DNA of 62,987 nt, filler included, from Licmophora abbreviata (Eukaryota), in assembly GCA_900291995.1 (NCBI GenBank). It is 15 parts of 15 records of this genome, joined end to end, with 100 filler letters (N's around TTAATTAATTAA, not from the genome) between each part and the next. Parts side by side here need not be neighbours in the genome. Positions count along the whole stretch, not along the records: positions 39,247 to 49,807 come from OLMU01001701.1; positions 49,908 to 56,119 come from OLMU01001702.1; positions 56,220 to 59,163 come from OLMU01001703.1; positions 59,264 to 62,987 come from OLMU01001705.1; 11 more parts are not named here. The stretch is one strand, 5' to 3'. Positions 49,644 through 60,646 of this stretch are shown here, one piece after another. A program made the translations under genes and the position numbers. Each line of letters starts with the position of its first letter. The stretch's first letter is position 1. The notes under the pieces are model-generated. The model worked only from the letters and a program-made list of their open reading frames with translations. It made no database searches and was not told where the DNA came from.

Positions 49644-50140
49644 GAGGATAAACTTATAGCATGTTGCTCTCATGGCGTACTAGCGGGCTGGATATAACCT
49701 AAGCATCATATACGAGTTTCCGGGCTCTACCGGATCTGCACCTTCGTTAATAATAATCACAGCATCGATTATGCTTTGAGTTATGCAACCTTTCAAACAC
49801 ACACATCNNNNNNNNNNNNNNNNNNNNNNNNNNNNNNNNNNNNNNNNNNNNTTAATTAATTAANNNNNNNNNNNNNNNNNNNNNNNNNNNNNNNNNNNNN
49901 NNNNNNNCCCCTCCTCCTCCCCCCCCTCCCCTCGCGAGACAAGCGAAGTTAATATTTTCGAGCAAGCGCGACTTCCTCTGTTGTATCAGGTGATGAGCCT
50001 TTTCAAAAGAATGAGGGGCGCGCCAAACGTCCACAGCCACTCAAGCATTTTGAATCTGCTTTCTCGCGACGACCGACGACGACTTTCAAATGATTTTCTT
50101 GGATCGTCCAAAGTGTGTGTGTTGTATACAATAGATCATC

Positions 50141-51635
50141 ATGCCCAAGGTCAAGAAGATTCGAGCCGCCGCGCTGGTGTCGAAGCAGACGCGACATGCG
50201 CCACTGGGGCAGGTTATTCAAGACGACGAGGATCGAGGAAAATACGCGTCGGTAGGGCACCGCATCAAATCCAAAGGCCGAGTTAGCGAGGATGACAACA
50301 ATAAGCTCCTCGACGAGAAAATGTCAAGGCGTATTCTGGAACTGAGTCGGGATCAGCAGATGGAGATGGATGCGGAAGAAGAGCGAGCGCAGAGACGAAA
50401 GGGTCAAATGAAGATGGACAGCGATGAAGAAGAGGAAGACGACGCTGATCACTCAGTGCTCCTTGACGAAGATGATGATGCCGAGTAAGTCAAGATCGAC
50501 TGTGAACTTTACTGTTATTATTGTTGGTGTCTTATATGTATTGTATTGCGTTGGTGCAGTCTTGTTCAGCATGACCAAGGTTACGTGACCGTCGTCGAGG
50601 GAACCGAGGGCCTCTCGCCAGAGGAGGAGGCTGTGGTCGCGTCAATGATGGGAGGAGGCGGCGAAGAGCGAAGAACGCTCGCGGATATTATTCTAGACAA
50701 AATCGAAGAGAAAGAAGCGGAAAAGCGCGGAGAACTTAATGATGACGAAGCTGAGCATGCAGTGGACCTCCCTCCCAAGGTCATTGAGGTGAGTCGAAAT
50801 TCGTCCATCTCCTCGGCGTCGTTTCAGACGCTAGTCTAATGACACCATATGCTCTTGTTCACAGGTTTACACGGATATTGGTACAATTTTAGGTCGATAC
50901 ACTTCTGGAAAGCTACCAAAAGCGTTCAAAGTAATTCCATCCTTGAGCAACTGGGAGGAGGTCTTGTACTTGACGCGACCGGATATGTGGACGCCGCAAG
51001 CCATGTACGCGGCTACTCGTATCTTTGCTTCCAACTTGAACCCGAAAATGGCCCAGCGCTTCTACAATCTTGTCTTGCTAGACAGTGTACGAGCTGACAT
51101 TGTGTCCAGCAAGAAATTGAACTATCACTACTACATGGCACTCAAAAAGGCAATCTACAAACCGGCTGCCTTTTTCAAAGGCATTCTATTGCCCCTGTGT
51201 AAGGAGAATTGTACGCTCCGGGAAGCGGCAATTGTGGCGTCTGTGCTACAGCGAGTGTCAATTCCTGTGCACCACTCGGCAGTGGCAATTCACAAGCTGG
51301 CGCAGCTGGAGTACAGCGGGTCTGCATCGATCTTTATCAAGACTCTGTTGAACAAGAAATACTCGTTGCCGGCACCTGTGATTGGTAGCTTGGTCCGGCA
51401 CTACGCCAGTTTTGTTGATGACGACCGTGTCCTTCCTGTCCTTTGGCATCAGTCTCTGTTGGTGTTTATACAGCGATACAAGAACGAAGTTAAGGATACC
51501 GCACGCGAGTCTCTACGGCTGGTAATGAAGAAACACTTTCACCCAAAGATCACGCCAGAATGTCGAAGGGAACTGTTTGGAGCACAGGCATGGAAAGACG
51601 AGAGATCTCAAGTTGCTAGCAAGATGCAGATGTGA
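50141..51635 (+). CDS. BYSL: Bystin/Enp1 (40S biogenesis factor)
   Basis: Introns 50485-50559 and 50789-50864; 'LPPKVIEVY', 'SGKLPKAFK', 'LNYHYYMALKKAIYKPAAFFKG', 'CTLREA', 'LPVLWHQSLL'. Confidence 0.95.
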
Positions 51636-51702
51636 CATGTACTAGCGTTTACCGGTAGTCGTATGTCTAGCTAGCTGTTGTCCAATATTGGAAGTATAAG
51701 GC

Positions 51703-52326
51703 TCACGCCATGCAGCAGTTGGTCAGGCAACTTTCGCGGAGAGACGGGCTCACACACTTGTCGTCTAGATAAACGTCACAGAACGCAGAGGCAAGGTTTG
51801 CGCTACTCACGCTCCCCTGTGCCTTTCCATCCACAGATACTGCGATGCCTGACGAGGTGCAGTCAAACTGAAGCGTCGTCCCCTTCACTGCGGCACCCTT
51901 CTGCGCAACGCCATTGAAGATGAGGGCCTTGAACTCTTCTACGTCTGACGGACTGCCCGAGTAGCGAGGTGACACTGACTCAGCAATGGCAGAAGCGATC
52001 TTCTCGGCTCCAACCTTGAAATTCATCTCGAGAAAGAACGTAGTCGAGTGGCCCTTGGCGCCCTTGCGGAGCGTCGCTAGCGCCTTCTTCCCTTTCTCAG
52101 AACTCTTCGACATTGTCGACAGGGAGTCACGGACCGCGCCCTGAGAGTACATGCCAACAGAGTAGATCTTCAAAGGTCCCTTCTTTCTCACTCCGACGCC
52201 AAACAAGTTCAAATCTTGAATCTTAGGGGCAAACGAGATGCCGGTCGCCTTGTCTGTCATGGCGTCGACCGCGCCATTCTGAAGCAACAAAACGCACGCG
52301 ACGGCGATGTGAAGCAAGCGATTCAT
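51703..52326 (-). CDS. Chalcone-isomerase-fold (fatty-acid-binding-like) protein with signal peptide
   Basis: 'DKATGISF', 'LFGVGVRKKG..KIYSVGMY', 'LASAFCDVYLDDKCVSPSL'. Confidence 0.8.
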   Translation of the reverse strand: MNRLLHIAVACVLLLQNGAVDAMTDKATGISFAPKIQDLNLFGVGVRKKGPLKIYSVGMYSQGAVRDSLSTMSKSSEKGKKALATLRKGAKGHSTTFFLEMNFKVGAEKIASAIAESVSPRYSGSPSDVEEFKALIFNGVAQKGAAVKGTTLQFDCTSSGIAVSVDGKAQGSVSSANLASAFCDVYLDDKCVSPSLRESCLTNCCMA

Positions 52327-52794
52327 GCCAGCAAAGAAACGTGACGTGCTTCAATTGAGTGGGAGCGAAAAGACTGAACACGCTCTGTGATGAAGACGTC
52401 AAGAGTCAAGACTTCATCAAGGTTGAACGTCGCTTTCATCACAGTCGGCGTCGCGGTGTTTGGATTTTTGAAAGTTACACGCGCCGCCATGTCAGTACAC
52501 ACACAAAGCAAGATTCCTTCTGTTTTGAGATTCCCTCGATGCGATGCGCCCAGTCGCGGTCGCGTCCATCCAAATTACTCTCGCAGAATAGCGAGAGAGT
52601 TTGGCCATTGAATAAATAGCTTTCAACATAGTTGCGTTTTTATTGTGATTGTCAAAGCGACCGTCATTGTATTCGGAGCATTGTGTATCAGCACTGATAT
52701 TATATACGGCTTCTTGAACAGTCTTCGAATTCGACCAAAAAAAAACAGATCCAATTCGGAAAAAGATTCAAGCCGTATCTTTTTGTGATTGGCA

Positions 52795-55700
52795 ATGACG
52801 AGCACTGCGACGCTTCTCGGGTTTGGAGGCCGGGCCCCTCCCAAGGTACGTAAAAAGCGCAATGAGCTCGCTTGGTTCGTCTTCGTCTGGTGGAAACGTT
52901 TCCAATTTTTCTGTTCTCTAATTCGTCGTCGTGTAGGTTCTGGAGTTGATTTCGACCGCCGTTTCGGAATGTGGTATGGAAACGGTGATCCCCAAGCGTT
53001 CGCAGTCCATGATGCTAGCTCTGTGCCAGGCTCCGTACCGCACCTTTCTCAAGAACCCACCTCAGCCCGGGAAGAGTCCTGCAAATCTTATTGTCTATTC
53101 CTTGCCGACGTCCGTCACCGAATACCTTGGGTTTGCCTCAGAGTCATCCGTTGTGCGGTCGGCCGTACTGGACGACGCAGACACTGTAGTTGCCGTGTAC
53201 GACCATAAGAAGGAGTCGTTTCGTGGTGCTTCTCATGACCGCACCCTTCTGTCAGCCATCTCTGGCGATAGTGTCGCGCAAGCGACACTTGCTGCCGAGA
53301 CCCTGTCGGCTCTAGCCGACTTGGATGCATTGGCGGCGGCTCAGGTGGGCCCGTCCAGACGACAAGACGTGGTCGTCGTGGTGGGTGCGGGTGGACGCGA
53401 GCATGCCTTGGCGGTGGCACTTGCCAAGTCTCCGCTTGTTACTCAGGTAATTTGCTGTCCAGGAAACGGTGGAACCGCTGTAGAGGGAGGCAAGGTGTCC
53501 AATGCGACTGGAGTCAATGGCAAACAGGACAATGCGACGGTCATGGGGCTAGTGCAGCGTGTCGGGGCGGACATGGTGGTGGTGGGCCCAGAGGCCCCAC
53601 TCGTGGATGGTCTTGTCGATGAACTAGCTGTGGCATACCCCAAAGTCCGAGTCTTTGGTCCCACTAAGGCGGCAGCGGAATTGGAGGCCAGTAAGGTACG
53701 GACTGATCTGTGATGGTGTGCTATGTGTCTTCAATTTGTGATACTTGACGCTCACAGCTTTGTCGTTTGCTGTTGCTTCACATGTAGGCATTTACGAAAG
53801 ATTTTCTTCAGGAGCACGGAATTCCGACTGCCAAGTACCGAACGTTCACCGATTCCGTGGAAGCAATCGCATATGTGGAGTCGCTTGACGATAACGATCG
53901 ACAGGTTGTCAAGGCATCCGGTCTTGCAGCAGGAAAAGGAGTCTTGCTGCCAACAACAAAGGAAGAAACTATTGCTGCCGTCAAGGAAATTATGTCGGAT
54001 CGCGCATTTGGTGCTGCTGGTGACACATGTGTCATTGAGTCGTTCATGACCGGACCCGAAGCATCGTGCCTCGCCTTTTGCGATGGCAAGACGGCTGTTC
54101 TCATGCCTGCGGCGCAGGATCACAAACGTGCACTTGACCATGACATGGGATTAAACACAGGAGGAATGGGAGCGTATGCTCCGGCGCCTTGTGTAACACC
54201 GGATCTACAGAATGAAATTGAAGCAATGTGTATCAAAACAGTTGAGAAGATGGCGGAGCGCGGCACTCCTTATGTTGGGGTGCTCTATGCGGGAATGATG
54301 TAAGTCGCTTGTCTGAATTCTTCGATTTTTGGTTGACGAGTACTCATACAACTTCTTGATACAGGCTTACTCCAAACGGGCCCTCTGTTCTGGAATTCAA
54401 CTGCCGATTCGGGGATCCCGAGACACAGGTTGTTTTGCCGTTGCTGGAGACAGATTTGTATGAAGTGATGTCAGCCTGCTGTGATGGAGCACTTTCGTCA
54501 GTCGACGTTCGATTCAATGAAGGCGCGGCTTCCGCGACTGTAGTTTGCGCAGCAAAGGGATACCCCGAAAAGTACCCGAAAGGCATGGCCATAGAAGGTC
54601 TTGCTGAAGCCAACGAAATTGACAATGTTAAGGTTTACCATGCTGGAACAAAATTGGACAACGGGATCACAAAGTGCTGTGGTGGGCGAGTTGTTGCTGT
54701 GACTGGGCTGGGAAGCAGTCTGAAGAATGCGTTGCGGTCTGCTTACCGTGGTGTGCGCAAGTTAGATTTCATCGGACCCAACGGGGAACACTTGATGCAC
54801 AACAGAACGGACATTGCGAAACGCGCTACGGAAAAGAAGTTGCGCATTGGAGTTTTGGGGTCTACCCGGGGTACGGCGCTTATTCCTGTGATCGAGGCTT
54901 GTGCAACCGGTGGTTTGCACGCCGAGATCGTTGCAGTTGTAAGCAACAAGAGTCTGGCTCCCATTCTGGAAAAGGGGAGAGCGCTCGGCGTTACCGTAAC
55001 GACGAAATTCGTCTCTTCTGCCAGTCTCTCAAGAGAACAGTTCGATGCGGAATGTACATCGGTACTCTTAGGCGCTGATGTGGAGCTTATTTTGCTCGTA
55101 GGGTACATGCGCATTCTGTCGAAGCCCTTCACTGACTTCTGGGAGGGAAAATGCTTGAATGTACATCCGTCGTTGCTGCCCAAACATGCCGGAGGAATGG
55201 ACTTGGCTGTCCATCAAGCAGTGCTCGATGCAAAGGAGGGCGAAAGCGGTTGTACGATTCACCAGGTGACTGAGGCGGTCGATGGTGGCCCCATTGTTGT
55301 GCAGAAGAGAGTCAAGGTTTGTAGCAATCGGTGAGTCGTTTCTTCGCATAAACCAAACCAAAACTCATTTCTTGGTTTCGTTGTTTTGTGTCAGGTTGAG
55401 GTCGATGAAACTGCCAGTTCGCTGAAGGCGAAGGTTCAGCCATTGGAAGGTCGTGCGTTTATTGAAGCAATCCAACTACTCAGCAACGGCGCTGTTGTGA
55501 GCTACGCAGACGCTGGAGTCAGCATCGACGCAGGAAACGAGCTGGTGGACCTAATCAAACCGGCATGTAAAGCAACTCGCCGACCCGGGTGCGACGCCGA
55601 TCTTGGGGGATTCGGAGGACTTTTCGATCTATCCGCTGCGGGCTACACAAGCGCCGACACGGTTCTTATCGGGGCCACGGATGGTGTGGGGACGAAACTT

Positions 55701-56598
55701 CGCATTGCACAGTTGACCAAGAAGCACGAGAATGTCGGGGTCGACTTGGTCGCAATGTGCGTGAACGATCTAATCGTGGCAGGGGGAGAACCACTGTTCT
55801 TCTTGGATTACTACGCGACTGGGCATTTGCACATCGATGAAGCTGCGGCAGTTGTGCGGGGAATCGCCGAAGGTTGCAGACAGGCAGGATGTGGCCTGAT
55901 TGGCGGAGAAACCGCCGAAATGCCGTCGATGTATGCCCCAGGGGACTATGATCTGGCTGGTTTCGCTGTTGGCGCGGTGATCAGAGATCGAATCCTTCCA
56001 CAAGGTGTCTCTGAGGGAGACGTCTTGTTAGGTCTTCCAAGCAGTGGCATCCACAGCAACGGCTTTAGTTTGGTACGCAAACTTATCGAAAAGGAAGGTC
56101 TAGACTACGGAAGCCCGTCNNNNNNNNNNNNNNNNNNNNNNNNNNNNNNNNNNNNNNNNNNNNTTAATTAATTAANNNNNNNNNNNNNNNNNNNNNNNNN
56201 NNNNNNNNNNNNNNNNNNNCGACTCGTTGTTGACGCCTACAAAAATCTACGTCAAAACTTGTCTTCCGCTTCTCAAGCAAGGACTTCTCAAAGGACTTGC
56301 TCATATTACTGGAGGGGGGCTTCTTGAGAACTTACCACGTAGCCTGCCGGCTGGTGTCGGAGCAAAAGTTACTGGTCACCCGCCACTTCCGCCTGTTTTT
56401 AAATGGATGCAAACCTCAAGTGGCCTTGACGATCACGAAATGCTGCGAACTTTCAATTGCGGAGTCGGCATGGTTCTGATTATCGCCGAAGAGAACGTTG
56501 AAACCGCGAGGACCGTACTTGTGGAAAGCGGTGCGGACATAATTTATGAGCTCGGCAGGCTGGTGGAAGGCGAAGGAGTAAATGTCAATCCACTATAA
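52795..56598 (+). CDS. purD-purN-purM: Multifunctional purine biosynthesis protein: N-terminal extension + GAR synthetase (PurD) + GAR transformylase (PurN) + AIR synthetase (PurM)
   Basis: Introns 52846-52936, 53696-53787, 54300-54364, 55317-55394 give one frame. PurD 'GAGGREHA', 'GLAAGKGV', 'NTGGMGAY', '[10 protein letters not shown]'; PurN 'NVHPSLLP', 'VDGGPI'; PurM 'YADAGVSI', 'DGVGTK', 'GGETAEMP', 'HITGGG', 'TFNCGVG'. Gap lies inside PurM. Confidence 0.93.
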
Positions 56599-56616
56599 AG
56601 TGTCATATAAGCGATC

Positions 56617-59051
56617 TTATATGCGCCTACCAACGCCCTTTTCATCCGCAAAAAGAGTCTCTTCGTCCTCAGGTGTCCACATGAGTTCGATCCGATCAAG
56701 GTCTTCGTGCAAATTCGCGACCGACCTCATTAAGGAAGTCCAATCCCTCAATAGTATCTGATGGCCCTCGAGGCTCTTCGCGGTCATGTTGGCACATATA
56801 TCCTTCAAAGTGAACATCTCTCCTTCGACGCGAGTTGGTGGGGGCTCGTTCATTTGAAGATACACGGCTTTTGAAGCTTTCTCAGGGGACGATGGCACAT
56901 TGCTCAGATCGATCACTGTTGGATCCAAGGACAGTGGGCCTTCCGCTTCCGCACTGGACGTCTCGCAAAATTGATCTAGGTGGTTTTGCTCTGCCGCGTG
57001 TTGCTGTCGACTGATTTCGGAGGAAGTGATACTCGCGCGCACGGCGTCGAGGCTTGAACGTCGACCGCAAGCCCTCCCTGTTGGGCTACTGAGCAAATTC
57101 GAAATCACTATTTTTTCGCCGCTCATAACACGACGGACTTTCGGAAGAACGATCAGAACTGTAGTCGAAAGTACAATTCCAAGGAGCATCGCTATCCATA
57201 GGAATGACTAGAAACAGCGAAAAGGAACCAGTTAGACAATCAAATTGTGAAGCATAACACGTCCTCAAGTCGATCATCTGACTCACCGTAACATTCGGTG
57301 ACGTCGTCGGGCTGTCGGCAATGAACACAAGTGACAAGACCAGAAATGCCAGAATGGTGTTGAAAGCCGAAGAGTGAAAAATTCCCGACTTTTCGTTGAG
57401 CGCTGAAGGAAGATCTCGTGCCACCCACGCGAGCACAACGGCGAGAAGGAATAAGCAACCCACAATCACAAAGCCAACATACGTCGGCCATCGTGAGTCT
57501 GTGTCGCAGATTTGGCGGCCGTTCATGCCACCGTGAGCTAGATCAACAATAAGATCTCTCTGATAAAGGCATACGCCTAAGATCTGAATTGTGAGCTGTG
57601 GCAGAACGAGAAAAATGATCAATCGGAGGAGTTCCATCGACGACACTTTCTGGCGCAATGCAAACGAGTTTCTTCGCCGCAAACTTGGAGAGCCTGGGCT
57701 TTCCTTGCTGTGCAAAACGTTCGCGGGGAACCGTGCAATCGCGGTTAGGGGCACCATGAGCCAACGTTCCGAACGGGACTCCTTCTTTTTGTCGATTCCA
57801 ATCCGTAGCGCAGCCGACAAGGTCGAATACGCTCGCCATACTCGACCCACCAGAATCGCCGCTATCATCGAGAGAGGCACTTCGACCAGGAGACCTCGAA
57901 GGTTGCAGAATATGTCATGCGTTGGCATGAACACGAACGAACATCCCGTGCAGGTGATAACGCAGCCCATCAACATAGCTAGGAATGGAGCCTGTGCCAA
58001 TTGCATGACTGGGTGCTTGCGGTGTCGAATGATGAAAAAGAAAACAAAGAGTTCTCCCACTAGAAACAAACCAATTGCGATTCCCACGCCAATTTTGAAA
58101 CCCGTCGAAATCACGCTGATGTCCGGAGGCTGCTGGAACTGGATGACATTGTCTGGAACTGAGTCGGCGACATCGACACGAAGCTGGTAGGAGGAATCAG
58201 TGGTTGGAGAGTCGACAAAGAAGATCGCATGACCTGTATCATCCAATCAGAAAGAATATGTTAGATAAGAAAAGAGACATGCCAATCGAGAATCGTTCGT
58301 CGCTCGTCTTACCAATGAAGAAGTAGAATCCAGACATCTCATCCGGAAGGACGATCTGCATATCAACGGTTGCGTTGAAAACTCCGGAGCCAGGCTCTTC
58401 TTCCATCAAGTCCCATCGGGCATATCGTGTAAAGATATGGGAGCCTTCTTTCACTCCAACGAGAGTTCGATTGTGTGTATATCCGTACTTGTCAATATCC
58501 CACGACGAGGACTCCGCAATGATTGGATCGTCGAAATCAGTTTCCTCAACCGTCGGAGTGTCACCCATGCCTACGAACGGGCTGCAGAAACCAGTCTTGA
58601 CGGCATCGCACAGTAACAAGCGAAACCAGGCGGTTGCGTTGCTATTCTGAGCCAGATAGCCACCACTGATGACTCTAGACGGCACGACTCGCAGGTCGAG
58701 TCTGAAAGAGTGCGGTTCGCCAGTCAGAAGGCTTCCGTCAAATTTTTTAATCATAGGGTTCACCTCCAGACTCGTTCCTCTGAAGCACGACTTTCGGATG
58801 TCAAGCTGCGTGACTTCATTGGATTCGGCGTAGGTTCGATTGTTGAGCACATCAAAATTCTCATTCAATCTCACTTGCGCATTCGGATGATCGCTGGAAT
58901 CTTCAGTTTCGTTCCAGTACACTCTCGAGTCCCAGCAGATTGGATCAGTCCCACCCTCGTTATCGTAACCATTATTGGTTGCGAAAGGACCGACAGCGGC
59001 GCAGGAAGGAAAGCAAAACGCAAGAAATCCCAAAGAGAGGAGCCAATTCAT
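56617..59051 (-). CDS. 7TM receptor resembling class C (GABA-B-like) GPCRs with an uncharacterised ectodomain
   Basis: Signal peptide; introns 58312-58234 and 57286-57208; TM region 'HRKHPVMQLAQAPFL', 'C.LR', 'LVGRVWR', 'RDLPSALNEKSGI', 'IVLPKV' match the 7tm_3 pattern. Confidence 0.8.
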
Positions 59052-59389
59052 GCGTCGGTTTCGTTGGGGCCGATTTTTTTGCAGGTTTCGCTTTATTCTC
59101 TCTATATTGAGCATTATGACGCTGCGGTGAAGACGTCGCGGCAAGATGTGACGGCGCTGAAGTNNNNNNNNNNNNNNNNNNNNNNNNNNNNNNNNNNNNN
59201 NNNNNNNTTAATTAATTAANNNNNNNNNNNNNNNNNNNNNNNNNNNNNNNNNNNNNNNNNNNNAGGCAAAAGTAGAGTACACGCAAGAGTAAGCGTTTGC
59301 TCGATGCGGATCGCTGAAAGTACAATAAGAGCGGCGTCATCGCTCTATCGCCCACAAATACGATGCGTGCTACACGACATTGAACGTAC

Positions 59390-60215
59390 CAATCACATTG
59401 TAGACTCCCACGGCCGTCGCTGGGATCCGAAAGCGCATATCCAACTTTGTCGAAAAGACGCCGTCGCCATCATCCGTCATGTCCCAGGGCAAGAATGGTC
59501 CGATAATGTGCTTGTCGTTTACTTCAACGCCGTCCAGAACGGGACTGATCGGAATGCCGTCGATTCCGATAAGTGAGGAAGAGTCATCCGCCGATTCAAA
59601 CTCAATCTCTTCCTCGTCCCTCGAATCGCCCTTTTTGGGTGGAGGAGACGCATTAAAAGGATCACAGAATCCCACTTTTAAGTTGTTGCAGCACACCATG
59701 CGCAAGAAGACCTTGTTCGTGGGAACCAGTACACCGGCCAGGCTTGTATGATCCTGCAAGTACACCTCGGAGACATTCACCGACAGCTGCATACGAAAGG
59801 CGTACCAGTCTCCACTGAAAAACGTATTATCCGTGGGCGGAGTCACCGCCGCGATGGAAAAGTTGAGTCCGTCGTGACAAGAGGAACGTAAAACAGTTCG
59901 TTCCGACCGGCCCTGGTCAAAGTCATCGAAAAAGTCTTCAAACTCTTCTTGCTCTTGTGCCTCTTCATCGCTACTTGTCGCATTATTTTCCGATGGATCA
60001 TCTGAGTCTGGTCGTAATCCCGGTAGCGTGATATTCAAGGTCGTGTCCCAACAAATAGGATCTTCGCCTTCATCATTGTCGTACCCCGAGTCAGTTTGCC
60101 AGCCGACTCGTTTTTGCATTGCCCAAATTGACTCAATTTGACTCAAGAGCAAGAGAGGCACCAGCCAGCAGCAGCGTACTGTTGCGGCGGGGAATCGTCG
60201 TCGATGCCGTTGCAT
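59390..60215 (-). CDS. Ectodomain exon of a second, paralogous receptor (partial; remainder presumably in gap)
   Basis: Shares 'GYDN..G.DPICWD', 'R.SC..G', 'C...K.GFC.PF', 'WD......GVF', 'G.Y..IG' and the same phase-1 intron donor after 'I-G' with the adjacent receptor gene. Confidence 0.72.
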
Positions 60216-60646
60216 CGATCTCACCAGCATTGCCTTTTTAGTAACTCGTGTCAAAGGCTTTTCGCTTGTGCACTTACACACTTTCATGGGTCTCGTCGAA
60301 ACAGGATCAATCTTGCAGCCACACCCATGACACAAGTCTCGTGGTCGTGTGCCTATGCAGTCATTTAGAGGGTCATTGAGTTACTTATGGCGAGCCAGCT
60401 GAAGCACGAATGCCTACTCAATTGTTTGCCACTCCGACTGCTCTGTGCGAGGTGGCCAGCATGACATTTTCATCCGCACGCTCGCGCCTGCGATTTGATC
60501 ACCTAGGGTACGGTCATTCGTCGTCCGTCGCGTCAACCATGGCGGACAATTCGCATGGATGTCAATCGCAGCTGTATCACACATTTTGAGAGAACTGACC
60601 GCCGTCATTCTTTCTTCCCAGTTTCACCGCTGCTCCTCTTGCCACA

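Noticed and set aside
5569..59263. TTAATTAATTAA repeated 14 times
   Set aside because: Always centred in N44 padding; an artificial scaffolding linker, not a biological repeat or CRISPR array.
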